A stretch of DNA of 64,000 bases from Candidatus Poribacteria bacterium (lineage in GTDB: Bacteria; Poribacteria; WGA-4E; WGA-3G). Shown here in pieces: positions 19,515 to 29,401 of the stretch; the stretch's first letter is position 1, and the number at the start of each line of letters is the position of its first letter. Both the position numbers and the translations under genes were made by a program. The stretch covers positions 64,001 through 128,000 of the forward strand of contig CAXXUA010000002.1 of assembly GCA_963663765.2 (NCBI GenBank), given 5' to 3'. The notes under the pieces are model-generated. The model had not been told where the DNA came from, searched no databases, and saw nothing but the letters and a program-made list of their open reading frames with translations.

Positions 19515-22500
19515 ATGAATTTTCTAAGAAAATTATTTTCAATCACACTTATAGCATGCAGTCTTCTCGGAATGACATCCCATGCAATGTGTTTGGATAA
19601 GAAAATAGAACAGTTGTCTGGTCCTTCCAATGCTCAGACAACAATGCTAACCCCGGTGAGTCAAGATGATACGGAACATCTTACTATTTTATATGGTACC
19701 CAGGAAAACATGAATACAAGTGTTCCACCACCACAAATTCTGAGACGATATAACAGCGAAAACAATCTTAATACGGAACAATCACAATTTATCGTAACCT
19801 ACATTGGTTTCACAGACGAAGCGCAAGAGGCATTTCAATATGCAGTTGATATTTGGGATTCCTTAATCCGAACACAAGTACCCATTAGGATTAACGCCTC
19901 TTTTATAGACTTTGGTGGTTTTGAGAATAATAATATTATTTTGGGGGGCGCACGTCCAGCAGATTGGAAATCACCAGGATCATTAAATCTATGGTTCGTT
20001 GATGCACTCTCTGATATGCAAGCAGGTAAAGACCTTTCTGATGGTGCACCAGATATTATTACGAAATTCAACAGCAACCAAGAGGTTAATTGGTATTTTG
20101 GTATAGATGGTAATACGCCTTCAGGGAAGATGGATTTCGTGAGTACCGTGATTCATGAGATTGCGCATGGTCTCGGTTTTAGTAGTTTTGCAAGGATAGA
20201 AAATAGTTCAAATGACATATTCTCTTTGTCTGTTGCGCAAGGTACATTGAGAGGTAAGAGTCCCAAATTTCCTCAAATTTACGATTTCTTCGTTGAGAAT
20301 GGGTCAGGGACAGCTCTAATATCATTTTTTGATCCATCTTCTGGTCTTGTTGAGCAATTCACCAGTAACAACATCTATTGGAATGGAAAGATAGGGGTAA
20401 AAGCAAACGGAGGAATCCTTCCCCATCTTTACGCCCCCAGTATCTGGGAGCAAGGGTCAAGTTACACTCATTTAGATGAGGATTCATTTCCAGCAGGCGA
20501 TGAAAATTCTTTAATGACACCGTATTTCGGTAGACAAGAGGCAATTCACAATCCTGGTTCCATTACACTCGGCATGTTAGAAGATATGGGATGGTCAATC
20601 AACAAGGCACCAGTGTTTGTTGACGGTACTAATACCACGCGCACCTTGGTAGAAAATGCAGGGTCAGACGTAAATATCGGTAGGCCTATCTTCGCTATGG
20701 ATGATAACAACGATAATCTAACCTATCAGTTGAGTGGTACTGATGCTGCACTGTTTGTCATTGATAGCACTACAGGACAGGTAAAAACAAATATAGGACA
20801 AGAATATAACAGAACATCTTATACGGTTACTGTCATTGTGTCGGATGGTCGACTCATTACTGAAATCATTGTTATCATTCAGGTGAGTACGACAACAGTT
20901 GTAACACCTAATAACAACCCACCGATTTTCACAGATGGCTCCCATACAACACGGACTGTCGTTGAAAACACTACATCAGGCGTAGATATCGGCGATCCGA
21001 TAACCGCTACAGATGCGGACAACCACTATCTAACTTATACGTTAAGCGGGGTTGACGCAGCATTGTTTGAAATTAATGACGCAACTGGACAACTGAAAAC
21101 AAAGGTCGCCCTCGACTACGAAACGAATCGCACTTATACCGTAACCCTCACCGTATCTGATGGGAGTCTTACCGACACAATCACTGTGACTATTAATGTT
21201 ACCGACAAGGACGTTGAAACTACACCTACCCTAACATTAATTTCACATCCCCTAATGGAAACAACCTTGAATGGGAGTCTGGTAACACTAAAATTAAACC
21301 ATAGCGTCTACGAAAATTGGCTCATAAATCCCGTGACAGTATCTGGTATACCTGGGGTAACCGTGAAAACATCTAATGTTGTGCGGGCAGCAGATACCGA
21401 GTTAAGATTACAACTGACTTTCGATGGGACAGACTTCGACACCAACGCAACCCTCACTTTCACAGTAAAAACAGATGCCATTGAAAACTACAGCGACTCC
21501 CCACTCAAAGCAACCATTCTGGTCACCGCCGCACAGGAATCTGTAAATGCGTCAACAATAACACCGCCAACAGAAACAACATTGAACGGAACCGTTGTTA
21601 CGCTAACATTAAGCGGTGCTGTCTACGAATCCAAGTACACTGTTGGAAATAACGTGTCCGTATCGGGTATTACCGGTGTAAGTGTTAACAGGTTAAATGT
21701 CGTACGCATCAGCGGGACGCAGGTTAACGTCGCCCTGAAATTCGATGGAACGGATTTTGACTCCAATGCCATGCTCACTATCACAGTAGGGGCGGATGCT
21801 ATAGCAAGCTACAACGGTACAGAACTCGTCGCGCAATTACCCGTCATTGCTGTTGTGGAGGAAAATCCGTCAATAATTGCCTTTGTATCGGAATCCCTTA
21901 CAGAAACTACACTCAATGAGAGCTTAGTCACACTTACACTCTCATCTGATGTATACATGCAATCCAGTTCTGTTATCAACCGCTCAATTCAAGTATCTGG
22001 TATTGCCGGTGTTACGGTTCGTCAATCCGATGTTGCGCGCGTTAGTGACACGAAGGTAACTGTTAAAATTACTTATGATGGGACTAATTTTGATACTGAT
22101 TCCAAACTTATTTTCACGGTTACCGCAGACGCTATCGAAAATTATACCGGACCCGCACTCATAAGCGTGATACCTGTTACTGCTGTGATCGAAAGCAAAC
22201 CAACAGTAACTGTGGTAACTTCACAACCCTTGACTGAGGCGAACCTTAATGAAAACGTAATCCTATTGACACTCAACAATGGCACTTACGTACAATCTCT
22301 ATTTGACATTGAAGATTCACTGACAGTATCAGGGATATCCGGCGTAACGCTTAATAGATATGGAGTGAGACGTGTTAGTGACACAGATATTTCAGTTGAA
22401 CTTGAATTCGACGGTAACTTTGATTCCAATGCTATTCTGACCTTTTCTGTCGGTGCTGATGCCATAGTTGGATATGAGGGTGCTGACCTGATCATACAAC

Positions 22501-25394
22501 TCCCTGTTGCTGGTGGACAGGAAACGCTAATCGCATCAACAGCAGCACCACTGACTGAGGTAACACTGAATGGGAGTGTCGTCACACTCACAATAAACGG
22601 TGCAATCTTCAAACGATCCAGAATTGACATCGGTAATGCTATAACGGTTTCTGGAGTAAATGGTGTCACTTTCCACTGGTTTGATATAGACCGAGTCAGC
22701 GATACTAATTTGACAGTTGAACTCTCATTTAATGGCAACATTGATGAAGATGCCACGTTGACCTTTACTGTTGGTGCGGATGCTATAGCTGGATATGATG
22801 GTGATGCCCTCATCACACAACTACCGGTTACCGCGCTGCAGGAATCAGTCTCTGCTACAACTGAGTCGTCCTTGGCAGAGGCAACATTGGATGGAAGCAT
22901 CGTCACACTCACGCTCAGCGGATGTACTTTTGAACGATCACTCTTCAACATCAGAAATGGGGTGACAGTTTCTGGTGTTGATGGAGTTAAGATCTATAGT
23001 TTTGGGATTGACCGTGTCAGCGATACGCAGATAAATGTTGAGCTTGAATTCAACGGAGATTTTGATACAGATGCTACATTAACATTTACCGTAGGTGTGA
23101 ATGCGATTTTACGGTATAACGGTGATCCCTTGACTGCACAACTCACTGTAACTGGGGGGCAGGAAACGGTAATCGCATCAACAGCAGCACCACTGACTGA
23201 GGTAACACTGAATGGGAGTGTCGTCACACTCACGCTCAGTGGTGCTAAATACACCCGCAATACCTTTGATCTTAGAGACGGTGTCTCCGTTTCTGGTATT
23301 GAGGGTGTAATAATTCCGTGGCACGACCCAAGGAAAAAAAGTGATACTGAAATTACAATTGAATTGGAATTTGATGGGACAGACTTTGATACAACTTCCA
23401 CGCTGACTTTTACTGTTGAATCAGATGCCTTTGCAGGTTACAACGGTCCTGCTCTCACGACACAGATATCTGTTTCCGAAGTGGTAGAATCATTGCTTGC
23501 CTCAAGCGCATCACCGTTGACAGAAGCGACATTAGATGAAAGTGTCGTTACCCTGACCCTCATCGGCAGGAATTATACCCGGACTATTTATGACATTAGA
23601 GATGCTGTGTCAGTCTCAGGTATTTCTGGTGTAACATTCCCGTGGAATGAACCGGTTAAAAAGAGTGATACTGAAATCACGATGAAACTGGAGTTTGATG
23701 GGGATATGACAAGTGATGGCACACTGACCTTTACTGTTGGATCGGATGCTATCGCTGGTTATAATGGTTCGGTACTGACTGCACAAGTGTCTGTCTCTGC
23801 CACAAGTACAACAACACCATCAAACCGTGCGCCAGTATTTACTGAAGGTAGCAGCACCACGCGCTCAGTAGCAGAGAACACGGCGTCGGGTGTAAATATC
23901 GGCAGTGTGGTTGCTGCCACAGATGCGGATACCGGTGATACGCTCACGTATAGTCTGGGTGGCACAAATGCATCAGCGTTCAGCATTGTCAGCAATTCGG
24001 GGCAGCTGCAAACTAAAGCTGCACTTGACTACGAAACGATGACATCCTACTCTGTCATCATCTCTGTTACGGATGGTCGTGGCGGGAGTGATAGCATCAC
24101 CGTGGCAATCAACATCACTGATGTAAACGAAGCTATTCCAAACCGTGCGCCAATATTTACCGAAGGTAGCAGCACCACGCGCTCAGTAGCAGAGAACACC
24201 GCATCGGGTGTAAATATCGGCAGTGCGGTTGCTGCCACAGATGCGGATAGGAATACGCTTACGTATAGTCTGGGTGGCACAAATGCATCAGCGTTCAGCA
24301 TTGTCAGCAATTCGGGGCAGCTGCAAACTAAAGCTGCACTTGACTACGAAACGATGACATCCTACTCCGTCATCGTCTCTGTTACGGATGGAAATGGCGG
24401 GAGTGATAGCATTATAGTCACAATTAATATCACTGATGTGTCTGAGACACCTACAAATGGCAGACCATCCATCAGTGTTTCTGCGGATACGACATTAACA
24501 GAGGCAACACTTGATGGTACAGTGGTTACCCTCACGCTAACAAGTGGCACTTATGAAAGCGCATTCTGGAATTATCAAAAGGTATCTGTCTCTGGGATCA
24601 CAGGTGTGACTTTTAATGACTTTTTTGATGTTGAGCGCGCGAGTAGCACAGAACTCACCGTCGAACTGACATTTGATGGGAACATGACCACTGATGGCAC
24701 GCTGACCTTTACCGTTGAATCGGATGCGATTGTGGATTTTGATGATTCGGCACTGACTGCGCAAATATCAGTCTCCGCCGTCAGTGAGTCTGTCACTGCT
24801 TCGCCCGCTACATTGACCGAGGCGTCCCTTGATGGTGCAAAGGTTACCCTCACGCTCAGCGGACAGATATTTGAGCGATCTATTCATTACATTAGAGATG
24901 CTGTGTCAGTCTCAGGTATATCCGGTGTAACATTCCCTTGGCATGACCCGGATAAAAAGAGTGATACCGAAATCACGATGGAACTGGAGTTTGATGGGGA
25001 TATGACAAGTGATGGCACACTGACCTTTATGGTTGGAGCGGATGCTATCGCGGGCTATAATGGTTCGGCACTGACTGCACAAGTGTCTGTCACAGCAAGC
25101 CAAGAGAACGCTCTCGGGGCAAACTTCCCAAACCCATTCAATCCAGAAACGTGGATACCGTATCAGTTATCCAAAGCATCTAATGTTAGCTTGACGATCT
25201 ACAATATGCGTGGGGTTGTCGTTCGGGAATCGAAGTTAGGGCAGAAAGCAGCGGGTGTGTATCAAAGCCGTAGTCGTGCTATCCATTGGGATGGTAGAAA
25301 CGAAATCGGTGAGAAGGTCGCGAGCGGCTTGTATTTCTACACACTTACAGCGGGTGATTTTACCGCAACGCGCAAGATGTTGATAAGGAAATAG
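19515..25394 (+). CDS. Large secreted protein: zincin metallopeptidase domain, 4 cadherin repeats, 10 copies of a ~105-aa beta-rich repeat, FlgD-Ig/T9SS-like CTD
   Basis: Signal peptide from ATG 19515; HEIAHGLGF, SHLDE-like THLDE, LMTP; LTEATLDGSVVTLTL repeats; FPNPFNPETWIPY...TRKMLIRK. Confidence 0.85.
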   Translation: MNFLRKLFSITLIACSLLGMTSHAMCLDKKIEQLSGPSNAQTTMLTPVSQDDTEHLTILYGTQENMNTSVPPPQILRRYNSENNLNTEQSQFIVTYIGFTDEAQEAFQYAVDIWDSLIRTQVPIRINASFIDFGGFENNNIILGGARPADWKSPGSLNLWFVDALSDMQAGKDLSDGAPDIITKFNSNQEVNWYFGIDGNTPSGKMDFVSTVIHEIAHGLGFSSFARIENSSNDIFSLSVAQGTLRGKSPKFPQIYDFFVENGSGTALISFFDPSSGLVEQFTSNNIYWNGKIGVKANGGILPHLYAPSIWEQGSSYTHLDEDSFPAGDENSLMTPYFGRQEAIHNPGSITLGMLEDMGWSINKAPVFVDGTNTTRTLVENAGSDVNIGRPIFAMDDNNDNLTYQLSGTDAALFVIDSTTGQVKTNIGQEYNRTSYTVTVIVSDGRLITEIIVIIQVSTTTVVTPNNNPPIFTDGSHTTRTVVENTTSGVDIGDPITATDADNHYLTYTLSGVDAALFEINDATGQLKTKVALDYETNRTYTVTLTVSDGSLTDTITVTINVTDKDVETTPTLTLISHPLMETTLNGSLVTLKLNHSVYENWLINPVTVSGIPGVTVKTSNVVRAADTELRLQLTFDGTDFDTNATLTFTVKTDAIENYSDSPLKATILVTAAQESVNASTITPPTETTLNGTVVTLTLSGAVYESKYTVGNNVSVSGITGVSVNRLNVVRISGTQVNVALKFDGTDFDSNAMLTITVGADAIASYNGTELVAQLPVIAVVEENPSIIAFVSESLTETTLNESLVTLTLSSDVYMQSSSVINRSIQVSGIAGVTVRQSDVARVSDTKVTVKITYDGTNFDTDSKLIFTVTADAIENYTGPALISVIPVTAVIESKPTVTVVTSQPLTEANLNENVILLTLNNGTYVQSLFDIEDSLTVSGISGVTLNRYGVRRVSDTDISVELEFDGNFDSNAILTFSVGADAIVGYEGADLIIQLPVAGGQETLIASTAAPLTEVTLNGSVVTLTINGAIFKRSRIDIGNAITVSGVNGVTFHWFDIDRVSDTNLTVELSFNGNIDEDATLTFTVGADAIAGYDGDALITQLPVTALQESVSATTESSLAEATLDGSIVTLTLSGCTFERSLFNIRNGVTVSGVDGVKIYSFGIDRVSDTQINVELEFNGDFDTDATLTFTVGVNAILRYNGDPLTAQLTVTGGQETVIASTAAPLTEVTLNGSVVTLTLSGAKYTRNTFDLRDGVSVSGIEGVIIPWHDPRKKSDTEITIELEFDGTDFDTTSTLTFTVESDAFAGYNGPALTTQISVSEVVESLLASSASPLTEATLDESVVTLTLIGRNYTRTIYDIRDAVSVSGISGVTFPWNEPVKKSDTEITMKLEFDGDMTSDGTLTFTVGSDAIAGYNGSVLTAQVSVSATSTTTPSNRAPVFTEGSSTTRSVAENTASGVNIGSVVAATDADTGDTLTYSLGGTNASAFSIVSNSGQLQTKAALDYETMTSYSVIISVTDGRGGSDSITVAINITDVNEAIPNRAPIFTEGSSTTRSVAENTASGVNIGSAVAATDADRNTLTYSLGGTNASAFSIVSNSGQLQTKAALDYETMTSYSVIVSVTDGNGGSDSIIVTINITDVSETPTNGRPSISVSADTTLTEATLDGTVVTLTLTSGTYESAFWNYQKVSVSGITGVTFNDFFDVERASSTELTVELTFDGNMTTDGTLTFTVESDAIVDFDDSALTAQISVSAVSESVTASPATLTEASLDGAKVTLTLSGQIFERSIHYIRDAVSVSGISGVTFPWHDPDKKSDTEITMELEFDGDMTSDGTLTFMVGADAIAGYNGSALTAQVSVTASQENALGANFPNPFNPETWIPYQLSKASNVSLTIYNMRGVVVRESKLGQKAAGVYQSRSRAIHWDGRNEIGEKVASGLYFYTLTAGDFTATRKMLIRK

Positions 25395-25680
25395 TATCAA
25401 ATGACCATAGTCTCATGTAAATTGAGAAGTGAAAAGTAGAAATCAACACATGGTTTTTGCTTTCCACAATATATACAATAACTCAATTTGCTACATACAG
25501 GATTTAAGTCATTCAAACACCGTTTTTAACAAAGTAAAAATACATTTTTCGCAAGATTTATGGTGAATTATGAAAATAATCATACAATGTTTTCAGTTAA
25601 CTGCTTGGTAGGAGAGCCATTGATTATCCCTCTTGTATTCGGTAGGAGCGACCTCCCGGTAGCGACCCGGGGAATGCCAA

Positions 25681-25836
25681 ATGAAGATTAATTTATTAAT
25701 TCGGTAATAAATATTGCTCCAACGGTAGGTGTGCTTTGTAAGCGCTCTGTCGGGACTTGATGTGCCAGCGCGCTTACAAAGCACGCCTACCAGTGTAGGT
25801 TAGATAAAATTACCTAATTTATTTATTAATCTTCAT
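25681..25836. mobile_element. MITE with ATGAAGATTAAT terminal repeats and REP doublet, inserted in the loop of the 36-bp hairpin element
   Basis: TIR ATGAAGATTAAT/ATTAATCTTCAT; flanks GGGAATGCCAA and AAGGCATTCATACCGTTGATTTGG; related copy near 46115-46270. Confidence 0.7.
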
Positions 25837-25933
25837 AAGGCATTCATACCGTTGATTTGGCGTATTCTGCCGAAAATAATGTCCAATTAATTCTAAAGTC
25901 TACTATACATTACTATAAAGGTTCAGTAATTTT

Positions 25934-28357
25934 ATGAAAACCTATCTTCTTCTAATTCTATTTTTGTTGACAGTCTCAACATTACCACTTTTTGCACAAA
26001 CAGGTACTATTGAAGGTACAGTCATCAATCAAAGCACAGGAAGACCTCTTTCGGGGGCAGAAGTCCATATACTTGAAATGGATGAAACCGAAAAAAGTGG
26101 AACAGATGGCAAAGTCTGGTTCACAGGTGTCTCACCCGGTACATATACCCTTACAATCACACACCCTTCATTTGTTACACCATCAAGAACAACCGTTCAA
26201 GTAACTGCGGGACACACTACACAAGCGAAAATGTCACTTGGTGAAGTATTTGAGTTAGAAACTGTGGTTGTTGAAGGTGAACGTTTTCCTCCCACGATAA
26301 GCCGTAAGGAGATACGCGGAAGTGAACTCTTACGTATTGCAGGCGTAGGAACTGATGCACTAAAAGGATTGACAACGCTTCCCAGTATCGGCATCCCAAA
26401 TGATTTCTTCGGTGTGCTGTATATCCGTGGGAGTGAACCCGGGTCGAACTTGTACTATCTTGACCGCACACCTCTCGGATACCCATTTCATTGGGGTGGA
26501 TTACTTTCAACTATCAGCTCAGAAACTATTGATACAATAGATATCTATGCGGGTGGATACGGTGCACAATTTGGATTAGATTCACAGTCAGTGCTTGACA
26601 TCCATGCACGCGACGAAATTGACACTTGGGTAAATGGAAAGTTTAATCTCAATATATGGTATTCTGAAGGGCTGCTTGAAGGTAAAATTGGTGAGAAAGG
26701 TTATATCTCTGCTTCTGGTCGAAGGAGTTACATAGATCTCATACTCGGACCAATTGCCGAAAGGCAGTCGGATACAGAACAGCAGTTTCCATATTTTTCT
26801 GATTACCAACTCAAATTGTATTACCCAATTACAGATAATCATCATTTAACTGTAAATGCGTTTGCAGCAACTGATCACTTTCATTTCCAGTCACAGGAAT
26901 CAACAGAAAGTAGAGATGTGACATTGGGTGAAAGGGACTCTAACGCTGTTACCTCAAGTATTTTTTTCAAGAACGGTTTCAATGGACAAGGTATCCACCT
27001 TCGCTCAATTTTCAATGAAAACCTACATTCCCACTTATCACTAACCCGATCCCTCAATTACCTTGATATTGAATTGGATGCCACAATCTCACAGACCAAC
27101 ATAGTAGATGGTGAAACCGTCTTTAATGTAACAGAATCCGCTGAGTACTTATTAAAGGTAGATGTTCCTGTCTACACTCTTCGCGAAGACCTATCGTATA
27201 GATTGACTCCGAAGATTCAACTGGAACCTGGAGTTCTCTTTGCATTTAGTCCTGCCAATAGTACAGAAGTTTCTAACTATCCATCTTATGAGTTGTTAGA
27301 AGATGAAAACAGAATACAAGAGTTACTTGAGAGCGATCCAGAGGATGTAGAATTTGACGAGGATAATGTTGCCTTTTTGCGTACAACTGAAACCAGAGAC
27401 TATGAATTTGGTCATGATTTGCAACGTATTGAAACTTATTTGCAAACAAGGTATGATCCATCCTCGATTGTATCTGTTGCCCTCGGTGTTAGACTTGATT
27501 ATCTCAATGTGATAGAGCAACTTTCTATACAACCGCGCGGAAGTGTAAGCATAAAACTGCCTATTGGTTCTAACCTAAGGTTTGCTTATGGACATTATGA
27601 ACAGAGTCCGCTACTATCCCAGTTGTTATCAGAGACTGGGAATGATACACTAAAATCCAGTCTGGCACAGCATTATATCATGGAAATTGAGCAGGAGGTC
27701 ACGCCCTTTACCGATTTTAAGTTCGCCACATATTACAAAAACATGCAAAATATAATCACTGAGGATGAAGTTTCCCATTTTCTTAATCAAGGTTCAGGAT
27801 ATGTTGGGGGTGTAGAGTTATTCCTTCGTCATCGTGTTCCTGACAAGTTCTTCGGATGGATTTCCTATGCGTACACCCACGCAGAACGGAAAGAAACACC
27901 TAACATAGATTATCAACCGTATCTATTTGATAACACCCATATCGTAAGCATTGTAGCACACTATTTTTTCAGTGATACCTTTGAGATTGGAGCTAAATGG
28001 CAGTATTTGAGCGGAACTTCTGAAGCACCGATTAGCACAATCATTTTGATTCAGGACCCTGTGACGCGCGGACTCAACCCACTTTTTGCCAGTTTTGACC
28101 GGGCATTGAGTGCTAAACTTACTCCTTATCACAAATTGGATCTCAGAATAAGCAAAAAATGGAACATAGGAGGCATGAAAATTGGAGGCTTTATTGAGAT
28201 ACTGAATGTCTACAACCGCAAAAACACCTTTGAATTTATCCTTGAAGAGGGGTCATTTGAGATACAAGGTGAAGAAGTACATATTGACGAACAGGAAATT
28301 GGTGAAGCGAGTCAATTACCTCGATTGCCTTATTTTGGTTTGACTGTAGAATTTTAG
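25934..28357 (+). CDS. TonB-dependent receptor with N-terminal carboxypeptidase-regulatory-like domain
   Basis: GTIEGTVIN..TGRPLSGA; plug LYIRGSEPGSNLYYLD; NVYNRKN; C-terminal Phe. Confidence 0.9.
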   Translation: MKTYLLLILFLLTVSTLPLFAQTGTIEGTVINQSTGRPLSGAEVHILEMDETEKSGTDGKVWFTGVSPGTYTLTITHPSFVTPSRTTVQVTAGHTTQAKMSLGEVFELETVVVEGERFPPTISRKEIRGSELLRIAGVGTDALKGLTTLPSIGIPNDFFGVLYIRGSEPGSNLYYLDRTPLGYPFHWGGLLSTISSETIDTIDIYAGGYGAQFGLDSQSVLDIHARDEIDTWVNGKFNLNIWYSEGLLEGKIGEKGYISASGRRSYIDLILGPIAERQSDTEQQFPYFSDYQLKLYYPITDNHHLTVNAFAATDHFHFQSQESTESRDVTLGERDSNAVTSSIFFKNGFNGQGIHLRSIFNENLHSHLSLTRSLNYLDIELDATISQTNIVDGETVFNVTESAEYLLKVDVPVYTLREDLSYRLTPKIQLEPGVLFAFSPANSTEVSNYPSYELLEDENRIQELLESDPEDVEFDEDNVAFLRTTETRDYEFGHDLQRIETYLQTRYDPSSIVSVALGVRLDYLNVIEQLSIQPRGSVSIKLPIGSNLRFAYGHYEQSPLLSQLLSETGNDTLKSSLAQHYIMEIEQEVTPFTDFKFATYYKNMQNIITEDEVSHFLNQGSGYVGGVELFLRHRVPDKFFGWISYAYTHAERKETPNIDYQPYLFDNTHIVSIVAHYFFSDTFEIGAKWQYLSGTSEAPISTIILIQDPVTRGLNPLFASFDRALSAKLTPYHKLDLRISKKWNIGGMKIGGFIEILNVYNRKNTFEFILEEGSFEIQGEEVHIDEQEIGEASQLPRLPYFGLTVEF

Positions 28358-28442
28358 TTGGGATAATTCTTATGTGTTGCAGATTTCAAGAAGTTAATTG
28401 ACATTAACTTCTTATTGTAAGTCAATACCTTCGCCAATAATA

Positions 28443-28801
28443 CAGGGTTATTTAGTTTTAAGAGTTTTCTGTTATTGAGATTTACTGAAAGTTAATACCC
28501 AGGTTCGGTTTCCTAACCGAACTTTCTGCATCAGTTTTAGATTATTGAAAAATGAACATCGCTCTTTAGTCCCGTAGGGACGATATGTTTATAGAAAACG
28601 AATACCATCCACAGTTCTTTAGTCCCGTAGGGACGATATGTTTATTCTTCTATGTCGTTCCTACGGAACTCAAGAGGGGTGGAAAACATTTTCTATAAAC
28701 ATATCGTCCCTACGGGACTAAAGAACTGGACAAGATGGTACCCCATAAAATTAACGACATAGCAAAATAATATCAAAAATATTGAAAACTAAAAAACCCT
28801 G
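28443..28801. mobile_element. MITE with CAGGGTT...AACCCTG ends and ~10-bp target duplication
   Basis: Flanks GCCAATAATA / GCCAATTATA; internal GTCCCGTAGGGACGATATGTTTAT repeats in direct and inverted orientation. Confidence 0.75.
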
Positions 28802-28812
28802 GCCAATTATAG

Positions 28813-28918
28813 ACATTCTGCCAGATTGTGTGGGTAACTTTAGCACATTCTGACAGATTGTGCGGGCAGTTTTAGCACATTCTGACAGATTGTGCATATA
28901 AATTATTCTGACAGATTG
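28813..28918. repeat. Four short palindromic units ATTCTG(A/C)CAGATTG, first three at 32-bp period
   Basis: Units start near 28813, 28845, 28877, 28905. Confidence 0.7.
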
Positions 28919-29299
28919 CTGATATAGTCATTTCTATTGTCAAATTAGACGCTATGATAAATAAAAATACTTCAACGAAAACCTGAAGTTATTTTTATTT
29001 ATGTAATCCTAACAATATCACAAAGCAATGGTAGATCAACACTATATACTCATTCAACTGAAACACTCAAAAATGGCGAAGGTATTGGTAAGTAGTTTAT
29101 TGTTTATTATACCATGTCTTGTATACGACTTGTCCCAGTTAACCTAATGTTTTGTTGGTTTTCACATTTACTTGCATAGATTCTATAATCTTATCTAATT
29201 TTCATAATTCACCATAAATAAGACAAGATTATACCAATTCAAATAAATCTTGTCTCATTAAGGAATTCTACTGTTTACTGGCAGGGGGTTACTCTCTTC

Positions 29300-29343
29300 G
29301 GTAGGAGCGACCTCCCGGTCGCGACCGGGAGGTCGCTCCTACC
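29300..29343. repeat. REP-like palindrome GGTAGGAGCGACCTCCCGGTCGCGACCGGGAGGTCGCTCCTACC
   Basis: Perfect inverted repeat; same family at 25641, ~45085 and in the 54183-54652 array. Confidence 0.85.
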
Positions 29344-29401
29344 AGATTTCCGCTGCTAATGAGACATTATCACATGAAAATGGTATTACTTAGAATTGGT
29401 A

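Noticed and set aside
10818-25394. Diversity-generating retroelement acting on the repeat proteins
   Set aside because: No reverse transcriptase and no template/variable repeat pair with adenine-specific differences seen
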